In this document: piece after piece, positions 1 through 7,510 of the stretch
Numbering within the stretch: position 1 is the stretch's first letter
How the letters are laid out: each line of letters opens with the position of its first letter
NCBI GenBank assembly: GCA_017883965.1
Contig: JAFNKG010000002.1
Location: 4,528 to 68,527, forward strand
Length of the DNA stretch: 64,000 bases
Reading direction: 5' to 3'
Source of the DNA: Candidatus Methanophagales archaeon
Lineage (GTDB): Archaea; Halobacteriota; Syntropharchaeia; Alkanophagales; Methanospirareceae
Made by a program: the position numbers and the translations under genes
Notes under the pieces: model-generated
The model's input: the letters and a program-made list of their open reading frames with translations, nothing else
Database searches by the model: none
Told to the model about the DNA's origin: nothing

Positions 1-297
1 CTGGTTTCTCCCTCAATATTGTATTTTTCCTTTATGTCCTTCAAATTATATATCGCAGCGTCTGCTACGAACTTGCTTCTTAAACCCTTTCTTAAACGAT
101 TACATGAGCAACAGGCAATGCAATTTTTAATAGCCTTCTTTACATTTACAATCTGTTTTAATCCCTGCAAGTCTTCCGAATACCAATCGCCGTTCTCGGT
201 GCAAATCAAAAAACCTGCATCTTCGCTACTTTTCAGCACGTCTAAACCGTTAATTACAAGCTCCACCGATTTTTCGTTGTTAAAAACGCCGATTATT
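1..297 (-). CDS. Ntn-hydrolase-like protein with N-terminal Cys (class-II glutamine-amidotransferase type), 5' part only; continues past window start
   Basis: Minus-strand ATG at 295-297, open to position 1: MCRIIGVFNNEKSVELVINGLDVLKSSEDAGFLIC...; MC(G/R)IxG start typical of Ntn amidotransferases; not in ORF track because no stop in window. Confidence 0.35.
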
Positions 298-307
298 CTA
301 CACATTG

Positions 308-1804
308 CTAAACTATCGTTTCTATCACCCTCGCATAAGCCGGACGTGTAATAAAAATGCCTATTAGCAGTCCTACGATGGTTACAATCGCAAAACCCCT
401 CAATGCGCCGAGTGCCATGAAAGCAAGAGCAAGCATCGCCACGATGGTTGTCGTAGCAGATACGAATATTATACCAAATGCAAATGATATTCGTTTACGA
501 TACATACTGGCAGAAGAACGACCGCCAGAAAGCACTTCGTCTGTTATTATCACCAATTGGTCCACACCCGTGCCGATTACCGCTATTATCCCTGCAATGC
601 TTGGCAAATCCAGCTGCCATCCTCCCGGAACCATTACTGCGAAACCTAATATCAGAATTACCTCGCTAAAAAGCGTGAAAAACATCGGCAAAACTATCTT
701 CTTCTCCCGGTATCGCAAGAAAACGACAAGCGTAACGAAGAGGAGTGCAAATAAACCTGCAATTATTGCCCCTTCCTTGAATTTCGCTCCTAAATACGCA
801 GGAACTTCGCCCGAACCCATTATATCCACGTTTACGGGCAACGCACCTGCTCTTAAGTGAATGATCAGCTCTTTTGCCTCAGCTCTTCCTTCATCCCCTA
901 CCCCCGTGTTTGCGGTCCATGTATAAATAGGCTCCTTTTTCAAATCCGCACATGCTTCAGACGCTAACGGTGCACTATACACTACCACATCGTCAAGCAG
1001 CATTGCGAGCTCGTGTTCCGTTGGATTGTCGGTTGCACCGTAGTTCACTGCCGCATCGCGTAACGCAACCGCTCCCCCCTCCTTTAATGCAAAAGGAGCA
1101 CCCCAAGGTGAATTTTCATCGTCCCTCGTTGGCACCGTTCCCACGCTTCCTATCCCTTCACTACCATACATCACATGCGCAGTGATATTCTCAATTTCTT
1201 CTATTCTCTGTCCTTTCTCTATCTCTCCCCCCACACCTTCCGTCTGGATTCTTATCTCAAACTTCCCCGGCTTGCCTACAATATCCTTTGCAGTTCTGAT
1301 GTCTATACCTGCTAAGTCTATGATAATGAGGTTATCCCCGACGGTTCTTATGGTAGCACTCGCTAATCCCAGCATATTTATTTTTGTCTCTATTATGCGG
1401 CGAGTTTCGTCTCTCGTTGCCGGTGTTACGCCCTCTTCAAAAAAATCTATACTGCCGTTAATCGCGCTCAGCACTTCCGATAAATTATCCCTTGCGATGC
1501 TCTTCCTTATCTCGTATATCGTGCCTTCATCCGTCTTGTAATAACTCACCTCGGTATCCAGCTCTTTTTCAAGGAAATCAGCAACGGCACTCTCATTAAC
1601 CGATGCATTTATCCCGACCAAGGTGCCTTCTAATTTCAACTGCAGCCATGACCCACCCACTAAATCCAGACCATATCGTAGATTGCCGTTTATCCCTGCA
1701 TCAGGAGGCGGCTGAGGATAACCATAAATGACAAACAAAGCGGCTAAAACGAAGAATAACAATGCCATTACCTTTATGTCCCCTAACAACCCTTTTTCTT
1801 TCAT
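308..1804 (-). CDS. secD: protein-export membrane protein SecD
   Basis: 498 aa; N-terminal TM, periplasmic domain with YGLDLVGG motif, C-terminal multi-TM block (GAIIAGLFALLFVTL...VLSGG) typical of SecD. Confidence 0.7.
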   Translation of the reverse strand: MKEKGLLGDIKVMALLFFVLAALFVIYGYPQPPPDAGINGNLRYGLDLVGGSWLQLKLEGTLVGINASVNESAVADFLEKELDTEVSYYKTDEGTIYEIRKSIARDNLSEVLSAINGSIDFFEEGVTPATRDETRRIIETKINMLGLASATIRTVGDNLIIIDLAGIDIRTAKDIVGKPGKFEIRIQTEGVGGEIEKGQRIEEIENITAHVMYGSEGIGSVGTVPTRDDENSPWGAPFALKEGGAVALRDAAVNYGATDNPTEHELAMLLDDVVVYSAPLASEACADLKKEPIYTWTANTGVGDEGRAEAKELIIHLRAGALPVNVDIMGSGEVPAYLGAKFKEGAIIAGLFALLFVTLVVFLRYREKKIVLPMFFTLFSEVILILGFAVMVPGGWQLDLPSIAGIIAVIGTGVDQLVIITDEVLSGGRSSASMYRKRISFAFGIIFVSATTTIVAMLALAFMALGALRGFAIVTIVGLLIGIFITRPAYARVIETIV

Positions 1805-1857
1805 TTATTCTCACTTCTATTCTATGTTTCTATAATACTTATAACGTATTTATTTAA

Positions 1858-1956
1858 CGCCGAGATCACATCACGGAGAGCGCTAAGATGAGATAAATGC
1901 TTTTTCTGATTCTCTGTGTTTGTTCTCTGCGGGCTCAGTCAGCGGTAAACAGGTAT
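1858..1956 (+). repeat. ~100-bp intergenic repeat family, copy A
   Basis: cgccgagatcacatcacggagagcgctaagatgagataaatgctttttctgattctctgtgtttgttctctgcgggctcagtcagcggtaaacaggta. Confidence 0.6.
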
Positions 1957-1957
1957 C

Positions 1958-2536
1958 TTATACACCCACACCCACCGGCATCACGTATATCGGCTTATGC
2001 TCTTTTGGAAGACTCAAGACCTTTGCTACTTCATCATCGTAAAACGCACCTATGGCGACGGTAGCCAGACCCAATGCTTCACACTGTAAATATATGTTCT
2101 GCCCGGCATGCCCCACTTCTATGTACACGTATCCTACACCACGGCCTCCATATCTACGTGTTGTTCTTTCATATTCGGCTGCTATCACAAAAGATACGGG
2201 GGCATCAGCAATGAACGTCTGGCTTAAACAAGCAATTGCTAACTCATCTCGCAAATCGCCTTTCTTATGCATTTCTAATTCCGAATATCCTCTCCCGCTA
2301 CGGCGGTACACGCCTGCATCTATGTCATCCACGCATTCCTCGCCTATTACCGCATACAACTCCAGTGGATAAGTAGCGCCCGCAGAAGGTGCCTTTACCG
2401 CAGACCATATCAATTGCGATAGTTGTTTCTTCGTCAGCTTGGTTCTTTTGAAAGACCTCCGTGATTTCCTCTTCTCTATCGTTTCTTCTAACGATACTGT
2501 TCCTCTTTTTTCCGCTTCTTCTAATTTTAGTCGCAT
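1958..2536 (-). CDS. nitroreductase-family (SagB-type) oxidoreductase
   Basis: 192 aa; RRSxR motif, GYVYIEVGHAGQNIYLQCEALGLATVAIGAF resembles nitroreductase fold. Confidence 0.55.
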   Translation of the reverse strand: MRLKLEEAEKRGTVSLEETIEKRKSRRSFKRTKLTKKQLSQLIWSAVKAPSAGATYPLELYAVIGEECVDDIDAGVYRRSGRGYSELEMHKKGDLRDELAIACLSQTFIADAPVSFVIAAEYERTTRRYGGRGVGYVYIEVGHAGQNIYLQCEALGLATVAIGAFYDDEVAKVLSLPKEHKPIYVMPVGVGV

Positions 2537-2563
2537 TTCTCATCATAAAAAATCACGCCAGAA

Positions 2564-3034
2564 TCATCCCAACTCGATTATCTCCAGGAAATCAATTCGC
2601 TTGAAATCCGGGTCAAAAGTCGCTATTTTATCAATTCCATAGTGCTTGCACGTTGCTGCGATTAATACATCGTTTGGAAGGAGTTTATATTTTGAAGCCA
2701 ATGAACTCGCAATTTCAACAACTTCTTCGGTTATAATTAAAAATTCTATCTCAAATTCATCTGAAAACTTGGAAAATTCTCCGTAAAGATAAACATAACT
2801 ATCCATGTTTCTTTTCAATTTTTTCAGGCTAAATTTCTCTTCGGTTTCCAAGAACTTTAAAACCATCGCCTTATAAACGACTTCACTGAAAACGACTTCA
2901 TTTATGCAAAGCGATTGGCTAATTATTCTTCCTAAAATCTTTTCTGCTTCGTCGTCACCGGAAAATAAACCGATTATAATGCTCGAATCAAGGAATATCC
3001 GTTCTTTCCGCGACATATTGATAGTATAATTCAT
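2564..3034 (-). CDS. PIN-domain toxin (VapC-like)
   Basis: 156 aa; N-terminal IFLDSSIIIGLF acidic PIN motif; overlaps upstream antitoxin ORF. Confidence 0.6.
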   Translation of the reverse strand: MNYTINMSRKERIFLDSSIIIGLFSGDDEAEKILGRIISQSLCINEVVFSEVVYKAMVLKFLETEEKFSLKKLKRNMDSYVYLYGEFSKFSDEFEIEFLIITEEVVEIASSLASKYKLLPNDVLIAATCKHYGIDKIATFDPDFKRIDFLEIIELG

Positions 3035-3209
3035 TTAGCTCCTCCGAACTGACTTTCGCTTTCAAAATGCCTTTATACTTTCGAAGTCGTTCCTTTAATA
3101 AGTCTTTAATTTCAATCTTAACTTTCGTTCCCTCGGGTATCTCCTTCTCCATCGGCGTTAGCGGCTTAAACACCCCCTTTTCATAAACCACCTCTATTGT
3201 TTTTTGCAT
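2988..3209 (-). CDS. AF2212/DUF104-like antitoxin partner of PIN toxin
   Basis: 73 aa; TIEVVYEKGVFKPLTP motif; 47-bp overlap with PIN gene. Confidence 0.5.
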   Translation of the reverse strand: MQKTIEVVYEKGVFKPLTPMEKEIPEGTKVKIEIKDLLKERLRKYKGILKAKVSSEELNELYYQYVAERTDIP

Positions 3210-3314
3210 TGTTACAATACCTCCTTCTCTATATTATTGATTCTCAGCATATAATTAATATACAAACCTGCGTTTATATAAGGTTTGCTATTATGTTTAC
3301 ACTGAGATATAAAC

Positions 3315-3390
3315 ATAATCTGCGTATTTCAGATGGTCTATGGCTTCACCAACAACTTTGCCGAAGCTTCTATGTTTCAGTTCCTTTTTT
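3315..3390. repeat. ~80-bp repeat R, copy 1 (copy 2 at 6085-6165)
   Basis: ataatctgcgtatttca...tttgccgaa.cttctatgtttcagttccttttt shared ~80% with 6085-6165; both lie directly 3' of minus-strand genes and read in-frame after their TGA stops. Confidence 0.6.
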
Positions 3391-3425
3391 CCTTCGCATA
3401 CAAACAATTGTGGTATAATAAACTT

Positions 3426-4532
3426 TCACATTCCTTCGATTATTTTAATTTCTTCTTCGCGAAGCGGATTTTTGGCTTTTGGATTTAAGAATACTTTTTT
3501 CTTAAATTCATGGTCCTCATCATAACCAACAAAAAGCACTGCTGATACTCTTGTGCTAGATTGAAATACCCCTGAATTATCTCTATTTAGATATTCATCA
3601 ATAATTTCACCTGTTTTACTATTATATAAAGTGGTTACCTGTAGTTTTCCGTAAAGTGCGCCTACAATATCATATATCCCTGCATTATGCAATATAACGA
3701 CATTTGGTTCGTTTTTAGTCAATTGCCTATTCTGTTTTTTACGTAGTTTGCTCTTTATCTTATCTATATCGCCAAAACCGATTCTGGTAGGACCTACACA
3801 GTCCACAGATGTATAATCGAGATTATCTCTTGGGTGAAACATAATCTCTGCTGTGGCAGTATGCATCATATCGAAAAGTGGATACTTTTCTGGGTTGGTA
3901 TGAAGGTCACCAGGCTCGTTTATTCCATCGAAATCATACCAATCTTTAGAATCATCAGGTGAAAAATAATAGGTAGTAACAGGCTTTAAAATCCTTTTTT
4001 TCTCAAAATCTGCAATTCTCCCTTTTATTGTTTTTATTAGTGGAAACAAGTCATCTTTTGAAAAACTCTCATTAAAATCAACGATTATTGAGAATCTGGA
4101 CTTTATTTTTTCAATCCTACTATTGATCTCTTTAAAATACATATCTGACTCTTGTTTCTCTTTTGATAGCCATCTATTTGTTATTTCAAAGTTTATCCAT
4201 CGATCGTTAACCTTAACCTTCAAATCGGGTCCCTTATCTGGAAAACAAGGTTCAATGATAACAGGGAGGTCTTTATTACCAAAATACGCTGCCCATTCTA
4301 TTTCAGGTAATGTATCGTAAAACTTGTTTTTTAATTTACCTTCCAAACTTTTCTGTTTACCTTCTCTTTTTGGATCATTTTCAATGATTTGTAAGACTGC
4401 TTCGAGTTCATCATTGAATTTGCTAAGTCTTTCTGATTCCACGTTATTTATCATATCTTCAAAACACTTTACGCCTAAAAATTCTTTCAGCGTGAAGTAT
4501 TTATCCATACAACTCGGCATTTTATCTTTCAC
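3426..4532 (-). CDS. hypothetical protein (368 aa) in TA-rich island
   Basis: Long AT-rich ORF, no recognised motif; C-terminal ...EEEIKIIEGM resembles the end of the remnant ORF at 6171-6362. Confidence 0.45.
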   Translation of the reverse strand: MKDKMPSCMDKYFTLKEFLGVKCFEDMINNVESERLSKFNDELEAVLQIIENDPKREGKQKSLEGKLKNKFYDTLPEIEWAAYFGNKDLPVIIEPCFPDKGPDLKVKVNDRWINFEITNRWLSKEKQESDMYFKEINSRIEKIKSRFSIIVDFNESFSKDDLFPLIKTIKGRIADFEKKRILKPVTTYYFSPDDSKDWYDFDGINEPGDLHTNPEKYPLFDMMHTATAEIMFHPRDNLDYTSVDCVGPTRIGFGDIDKIKSKLRKKQNRQLTKNEPNVVILHNAGIYDIVGALYGKLQVTTLYNSKTGEIIDEYLNRDNSGVFQSSTRVSAVLFVGYDEDHEFKKKVFLNPKAKNPLREEEIKIIEGM

Positions 4533-4636
4533 CTTTCACCACTTTTATCTCCTCTTCTGTCATCCCATACCTGAAATTATCTCATCCTCAAATAATCTTC
4601 AACCGTCAGCTCCACATCCTTTAGAATCTTCTTAAT

Positions 4637-4864
4637 CTACACTTCTACCTCTATCTCCTGAACACCTGCGAATCTGGTAACGGGGAGCTCCTTCTCCTCT
4701 GACCTAAAAGCCTCAAGATGTGCTTCAATTGCCTCCTTCAGATTCGCCATGAGTTCGTCGAGCGTCTTTCCATAGGAGTAACAGCCCTTTAGCGAGGGGA
4801 CGGTGCCAATAAAAACGCCATCCTCATCCTTTTCTATTAATACGATGAAGCTTTGTTTTGCCAT
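4637..4864 (-). CDS. hicB: HicB-family antitoxin (UPF0150)
   Basis: 75 aa; MAKQSFIVLIEKDEDGVFIGTVPSLKGCYSYGKTLDELMANLKEAIEAHLE is a classic HicB N-domain; no hicA found nearby. Confidence 0.65.
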   Translation of the reverse strand: MAKQSFIVLIEKDEDGVFIGTVPSLKGCYSYGKTLDELMANLKEAIEAHLEAFRSEEKELPVTRFAGVQEIEVEV

Positions 4865-4974
4865 TTAGCTTATCTCAAATAAATATTGGTTTTTATATTA
4901 ATTTAATAGTATCGGACTTTTTACCTTTCTCAGTCCTTCTTCTGTGAAGCATATAATATCAAATAAGAGAATGT

Positions 4975-5016
4975 TTTTAGTCACGGTTTTTACTAAGCCC
5001 TTACAGGGCTTGGGCT
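4975..5016 (+). repeat. 42-bp direct repeat (copy 1): 3' end of a DUF5615-type gene plus start of palindromic element E
   Basis: tttagtcacggtttttactaagcccttaca.ggcttg recurs exactly 1000 bp downstream at 5975-6016. Confidence 0.6.
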
Positions 5017-5099
5017 TGCTGAAAACGGTGACGCTGAATGGAAAACCATGCAAAGATTTAAATATGGAAATGCCATTTATATCTTAAAGGTGAGAGGGA

Positions 5100-5309
5100 A
5101 TGGGAGAAATAGAAGCGATATACGAGGAAGGGGTGTTGAGGATTGTAAAGCCGACGAAGATAGAATCTGATGTTGTGACTGTAAGAATATTGAACAGGGA
5201 CGAGATACTGACGGAAGAGGATATGAAAGACACTTTGGAAGCTATGGACGAAAGAGAGAAGGGGCATTATTACAAGTTAGAAGAAGTGTTTGGAACTGTT
5301 GTAATATAA
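5100..5309 (+). CDS. AF2212/DUF104-like antitoxin-family small protein
   Basis: 69 aa; IEAIYEEGVLRIVKP is the same family as ORF 2988-3209; RBS-like ggtgagaggga upstream. Confidence 0.45.
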   Translation: MGEIEAIYEEGVLRIVKPTKIESDVVTVRILNRDEILTEEDMKDTLEAMDEREKGHYYKLEEVFGTVVI

Positions 5310-5368
5310 AGCCATTGCAAATCTTTTTAAAAAGAAAACCCCTAATCTAAATACAAAGGAGGTTTTGT

Positions 5369-5608
5369 ATGTACGAACGTATCTCGATAGACCCGAAAGT
5401 TTGCCACGGAGAAGCGTGCATCAAAGGGACTCGTATTCCTGTACACCTGATTGTTCGCATGTTAGCTAACGGGGACACAATGGAAGAACTCCTCGAAGAT
5501 TATCCCTCGTTAGAACGTGAGGATATTCTCGCTTGCCTGGATTACGCTGCGGCCCTTGCCGAAGAGCAGGTTACGCCCATTGAAGTAGTAGCAAGAGAAA
5601 AAGGATGA
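5369..5608 (+). CDS. DUF433 antitoxin-like protein
   Basis: 79 aa; PKVCHGEACIKGTRIPVHLIVRMLANGDTMEELLEDYPSLEREDILACLDYAA matches the DUF433 signature. Confidence 0.7.
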   Translation: MYERISIDPKVCHGEACIKGTRIPVHLIVRMLANGDTMEELLEDYPSLEREDILACLDYAAALAEEQVTPIEVVAREKG

Positions 5609-5995
5609 AAATCTTAGTGGACGAGAATATTCCCTTGACGACCGTGCGAGTTGCGTGTGCAGGGTCACGATGTGTTAGACATTCGGGGAACAACAGATGA
5701 AGGAATACCTGATTATGCTCTCTGGGATATGGCTCAGCGAGAGGAACGGTTGCTAATCACAACGGACAAAGGATTTGTACACAATCGTGAACAACCACAT
5801 CATGGTATCTTGATTATCCGCCTTCGGCAGCCAAATAGGCGAAAAATTGACGAACGAGTGATGCAAGCTATCGCTCAGTTTAGGGCAGCCGAATGGCTTG
5901 GACTGCTGGTCGTGATGCGAGACAGTACTCAAAGCATATGGCGGGTAAGTAAAGGCGAAAACAAAAAGGATGAGTTTAGTCACGGTTTTTACTAA
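5595..5995 (+). pseudogene. DUF5615 (PIN-like toxin partner of DUF433) with apparent frameshift near 5640-5651
   Basis: ATG at 5595 encodes family-typical MKILVDENIPLTTVRV then stops; remainder LRVQGHDVLDIRGT...ITTDKGF continues in +1 frame from 5651 (TTG) to 5995. Confidence 0.5.
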
Positions 5996-6039
5996 GCCCT
6001 TACATGGCTTGAGGGGTCGTGGGGCAGAGCCCCACAAAG
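5993..6039 (+). repeat. palindromic repeat element E (REP-like), intergenic copy
   Basis: taagcccttacatggcttgaggggtcgtggggcagagccccacaaag; two hairpins (AAGCCCT-TAC-AGGGCTT; GGGGC-AGA-GCCCC); 45/47 identical to reverse complement of 33597-33645 inside tiaS. Confidence 0.65.
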
Positions 6040-6084
6040 GTAAAAAAGTTGTTTTCAAAACTTTCCGTTGAACCAAAGATAGAG

Positions 6085-6165
6085 ATAATCTGCGTATTTC
6101 AAGAGTTCTGCGGCTTCGCCAAGCCAACTACTTTGCCGAAACTTCTATGTTTCAGTTCCTTTTTA
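6085..6165. repeat. ~80-bp repeat R, copy 2
   Basis: See 3315-3390. Confidence 0.6.
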
Positions 6166-6170
6166 CCCTC

Positions 6171-6362
6171 TCATAAATGGATGATTTTTTCAGCTTGATT
6201 TGACACTCCAAACACATCTGCTCTGAGGCTGTTTTTTCCTCTCTTCAACGATAAATCAGTTCCAACGTATTCTGAAAGACAATTCTTTTGGGGCTTCAAA
6301 AATTTTTCCGCTGTCTTTGTTGAGATTTTGAATTGTGAGACGGCCTCTAAAAACGAGGGCAT
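6171..6362 (-). pseudogene. chimeric gene remnant: att-like repeat sequence fused to a C-terminal fragment resembling the 368-aa gene
   Basis: 63-aa ORF ending ...AEKIIHL* (cf. ...EEIKIIEGM* of 3426-4532); contains the 6308-6347 direct repeat; followed by repeat R exactly as at 3426. Confidence 0.35.
6308..6347 (+). repeat. att-like direct repeat, left copy
   Basis: ccgctgtctttgttgagattttgaattgtgagacggcctc vs 9376-9413 ccgttttttgttaagattttgaattgtgggacggcctc; right copy sits ~20 bp from the tRNA 3' end. Confidence 0.55.
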
Positions 6363-6388
6363 CCATTTTGTGAGTGTAAGGGGGTTTA

Positions 6389-7321
6389 TTAATCCGTACC
6401 CAATCTCTTTTTCACTTCATTTTTGATGTGAGAATATCCTAACGCCAATCCTTTTACGATTAGATTTTGATTCGAAGTAAATATTGCACATATTTCCTTT
6501 GGTTCTGTTATTGTTCCCGTCATAACATCCATTATAAGTTCTAAATTGAATTTTTCTTCAGCTTTTAGTCGATTATATTGTGTTAACCATCCGAAAGCAT
6601 TAGCGAAGAGAGCAACAATTGCTAATATCAACAAGGATATCTTATAATCGTCTATCCCCGTTTTTCCAAATCCATAGGTATAGTAAAATATCAATACCGA
6701 TGCTATAAAAAGAGCAGCTAAAAATGGGTATTTTAATAATTCAATAGTTTTCATTCTACCTGAATCTCTTTTGCTTTTCCGAAGCTTGACATTTTCATAT
6801 AAAAAATCGCTTGCAAAAATAAAAGCGAGTATTGCAAAAAATAATTTGGAATTTGTGTTTATTATCAAAGCCAAGCTTATGAGGAGTAGAATAAATAAAA
6901 GTAAGATATTGATACTCCATTTTTTTGCTAATTCAATCACTATATTTATTATAAGTACGCCGAACAGCACAAAAACAAAAACTAAAAATATTATTTTTGT
7001 TAAATGAACATCTCTTCCATCGAACATCCCCAACAAAGTCCAAAATAACACAGCAATGAATACGATACTGCTCCCTATCATCGTTAAATATCGGTTGGAG
7101 TTTTTTTGAATTAGATCAACTCTACGCCACAAAAGAGACAGCCATTCATCTGTATTAAAAGGGGTATTTTTCTCACAGGATATATCTATTCCAGATTTAA
7201 TAATGGGGTCAATTTCTTCAGAAAAATTCAAATCTTTCAACTGTCGTATTGCTTCTCGTATCTCCAAATTTTTTAGACTTTTCATCGCTTCTTCGATGTT
7301 TGACGAATTTCTATAACTCAA
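6389..7321 (-). CDS. polytopic membrane protein of unknown function, downstream partner of OLD-family nuclease
   Basis: 310 aa, ~6-7 hydrophobic helices, soluble N- and C-terminal segments; same strand and 186 bp downstream of the OLD gene. Confidence 0.5.
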   Translation of the reverse strand: MSYRNSSNIEEAMKSLKNLEIREAIRQLKDLNFSEEIDPIIKSGIDISCEKNTPFNTDEWLSLLWRRVDLIQKNSNRYLTMIGSSIVFIAVLFWTLLGMFDGRDVHLTKIIFLVFVFVLFGVLIINIVIELAKKWSINILLLFILLLISLALIINTNSKLFFAILAFIFASDFLYENVKLRKSKRDSGRMKTIELLKYPFLAALFIASVLIFYYTYGFGKTGIDDYKISLLILAIVALFANAFGWLTQYNRLKAEEKFNLELIMDVMTGTITEPKEICAIFTSNQNLIVKGLALGYSHIKNEVKKRLGTD

Positions 7322-7414
7322 GTTTCAATATACATTTATCGTGAGATATAAAAGCTTTTTTGATTGGGTAAATAAGCATGACTAAAAACAAACCAGGTAA
7401 ATATTTCAGTAAGA

Positions 7415-7510
7415 ATGAACAAAAAGCAAGGAATATTAATCGGAATCGCTTTGTTGCTTCTCTCAGACAAATTAAATTCTCTACTTTCTAATAGGTCTCT
7501 CATGCCTTAA
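7415..7510 (+). CDS. small hydrophobic peptide ORF (31 aa), paralog of 9326-9388
   Basis: MNKKQGILIGIALLLLSDK... vs MDKKKGLMFGLALVLLSVFC; lies between the OLD and membrane genes on the opposite strand. Confidence 0.25.
   Translation: MNKKQGILIGIALLLLSDKLNSLLSNRSLMP

Noticed and set aside
19-351. 110-aa plus-strand ORF at the window start
   Set aside because: Low-complexity, lies antisense to a continuous minus-strand ORF (Ntn-hydrolase-like 1-297) and overlaps the secD stop; composition artefact.
3426-3428. TGA stops followed by in-frame conserved sequence considered as selenocysteine recoding
   Set aside because: No SECIS-like hairpin evident, the proteins are not known selenoprotein families, and a duplicated 3' gene end plus UTR explains the conservation more simply; kept only as a low-interest finding.
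4865-5060. Search for a hicA toxin gene next to hicB
   Set aside because: No ORF with HicA-like sequence in either flank; the region contains only repeat sequence and an unrelated no-start ORF.
5753-6127. 124-aa minus-strand ORF overlapping the DUF5615 gene and element E
   Set aside because: Antisense of the DUF5615 coding region and of palindromic repeats; no start context; artefact.
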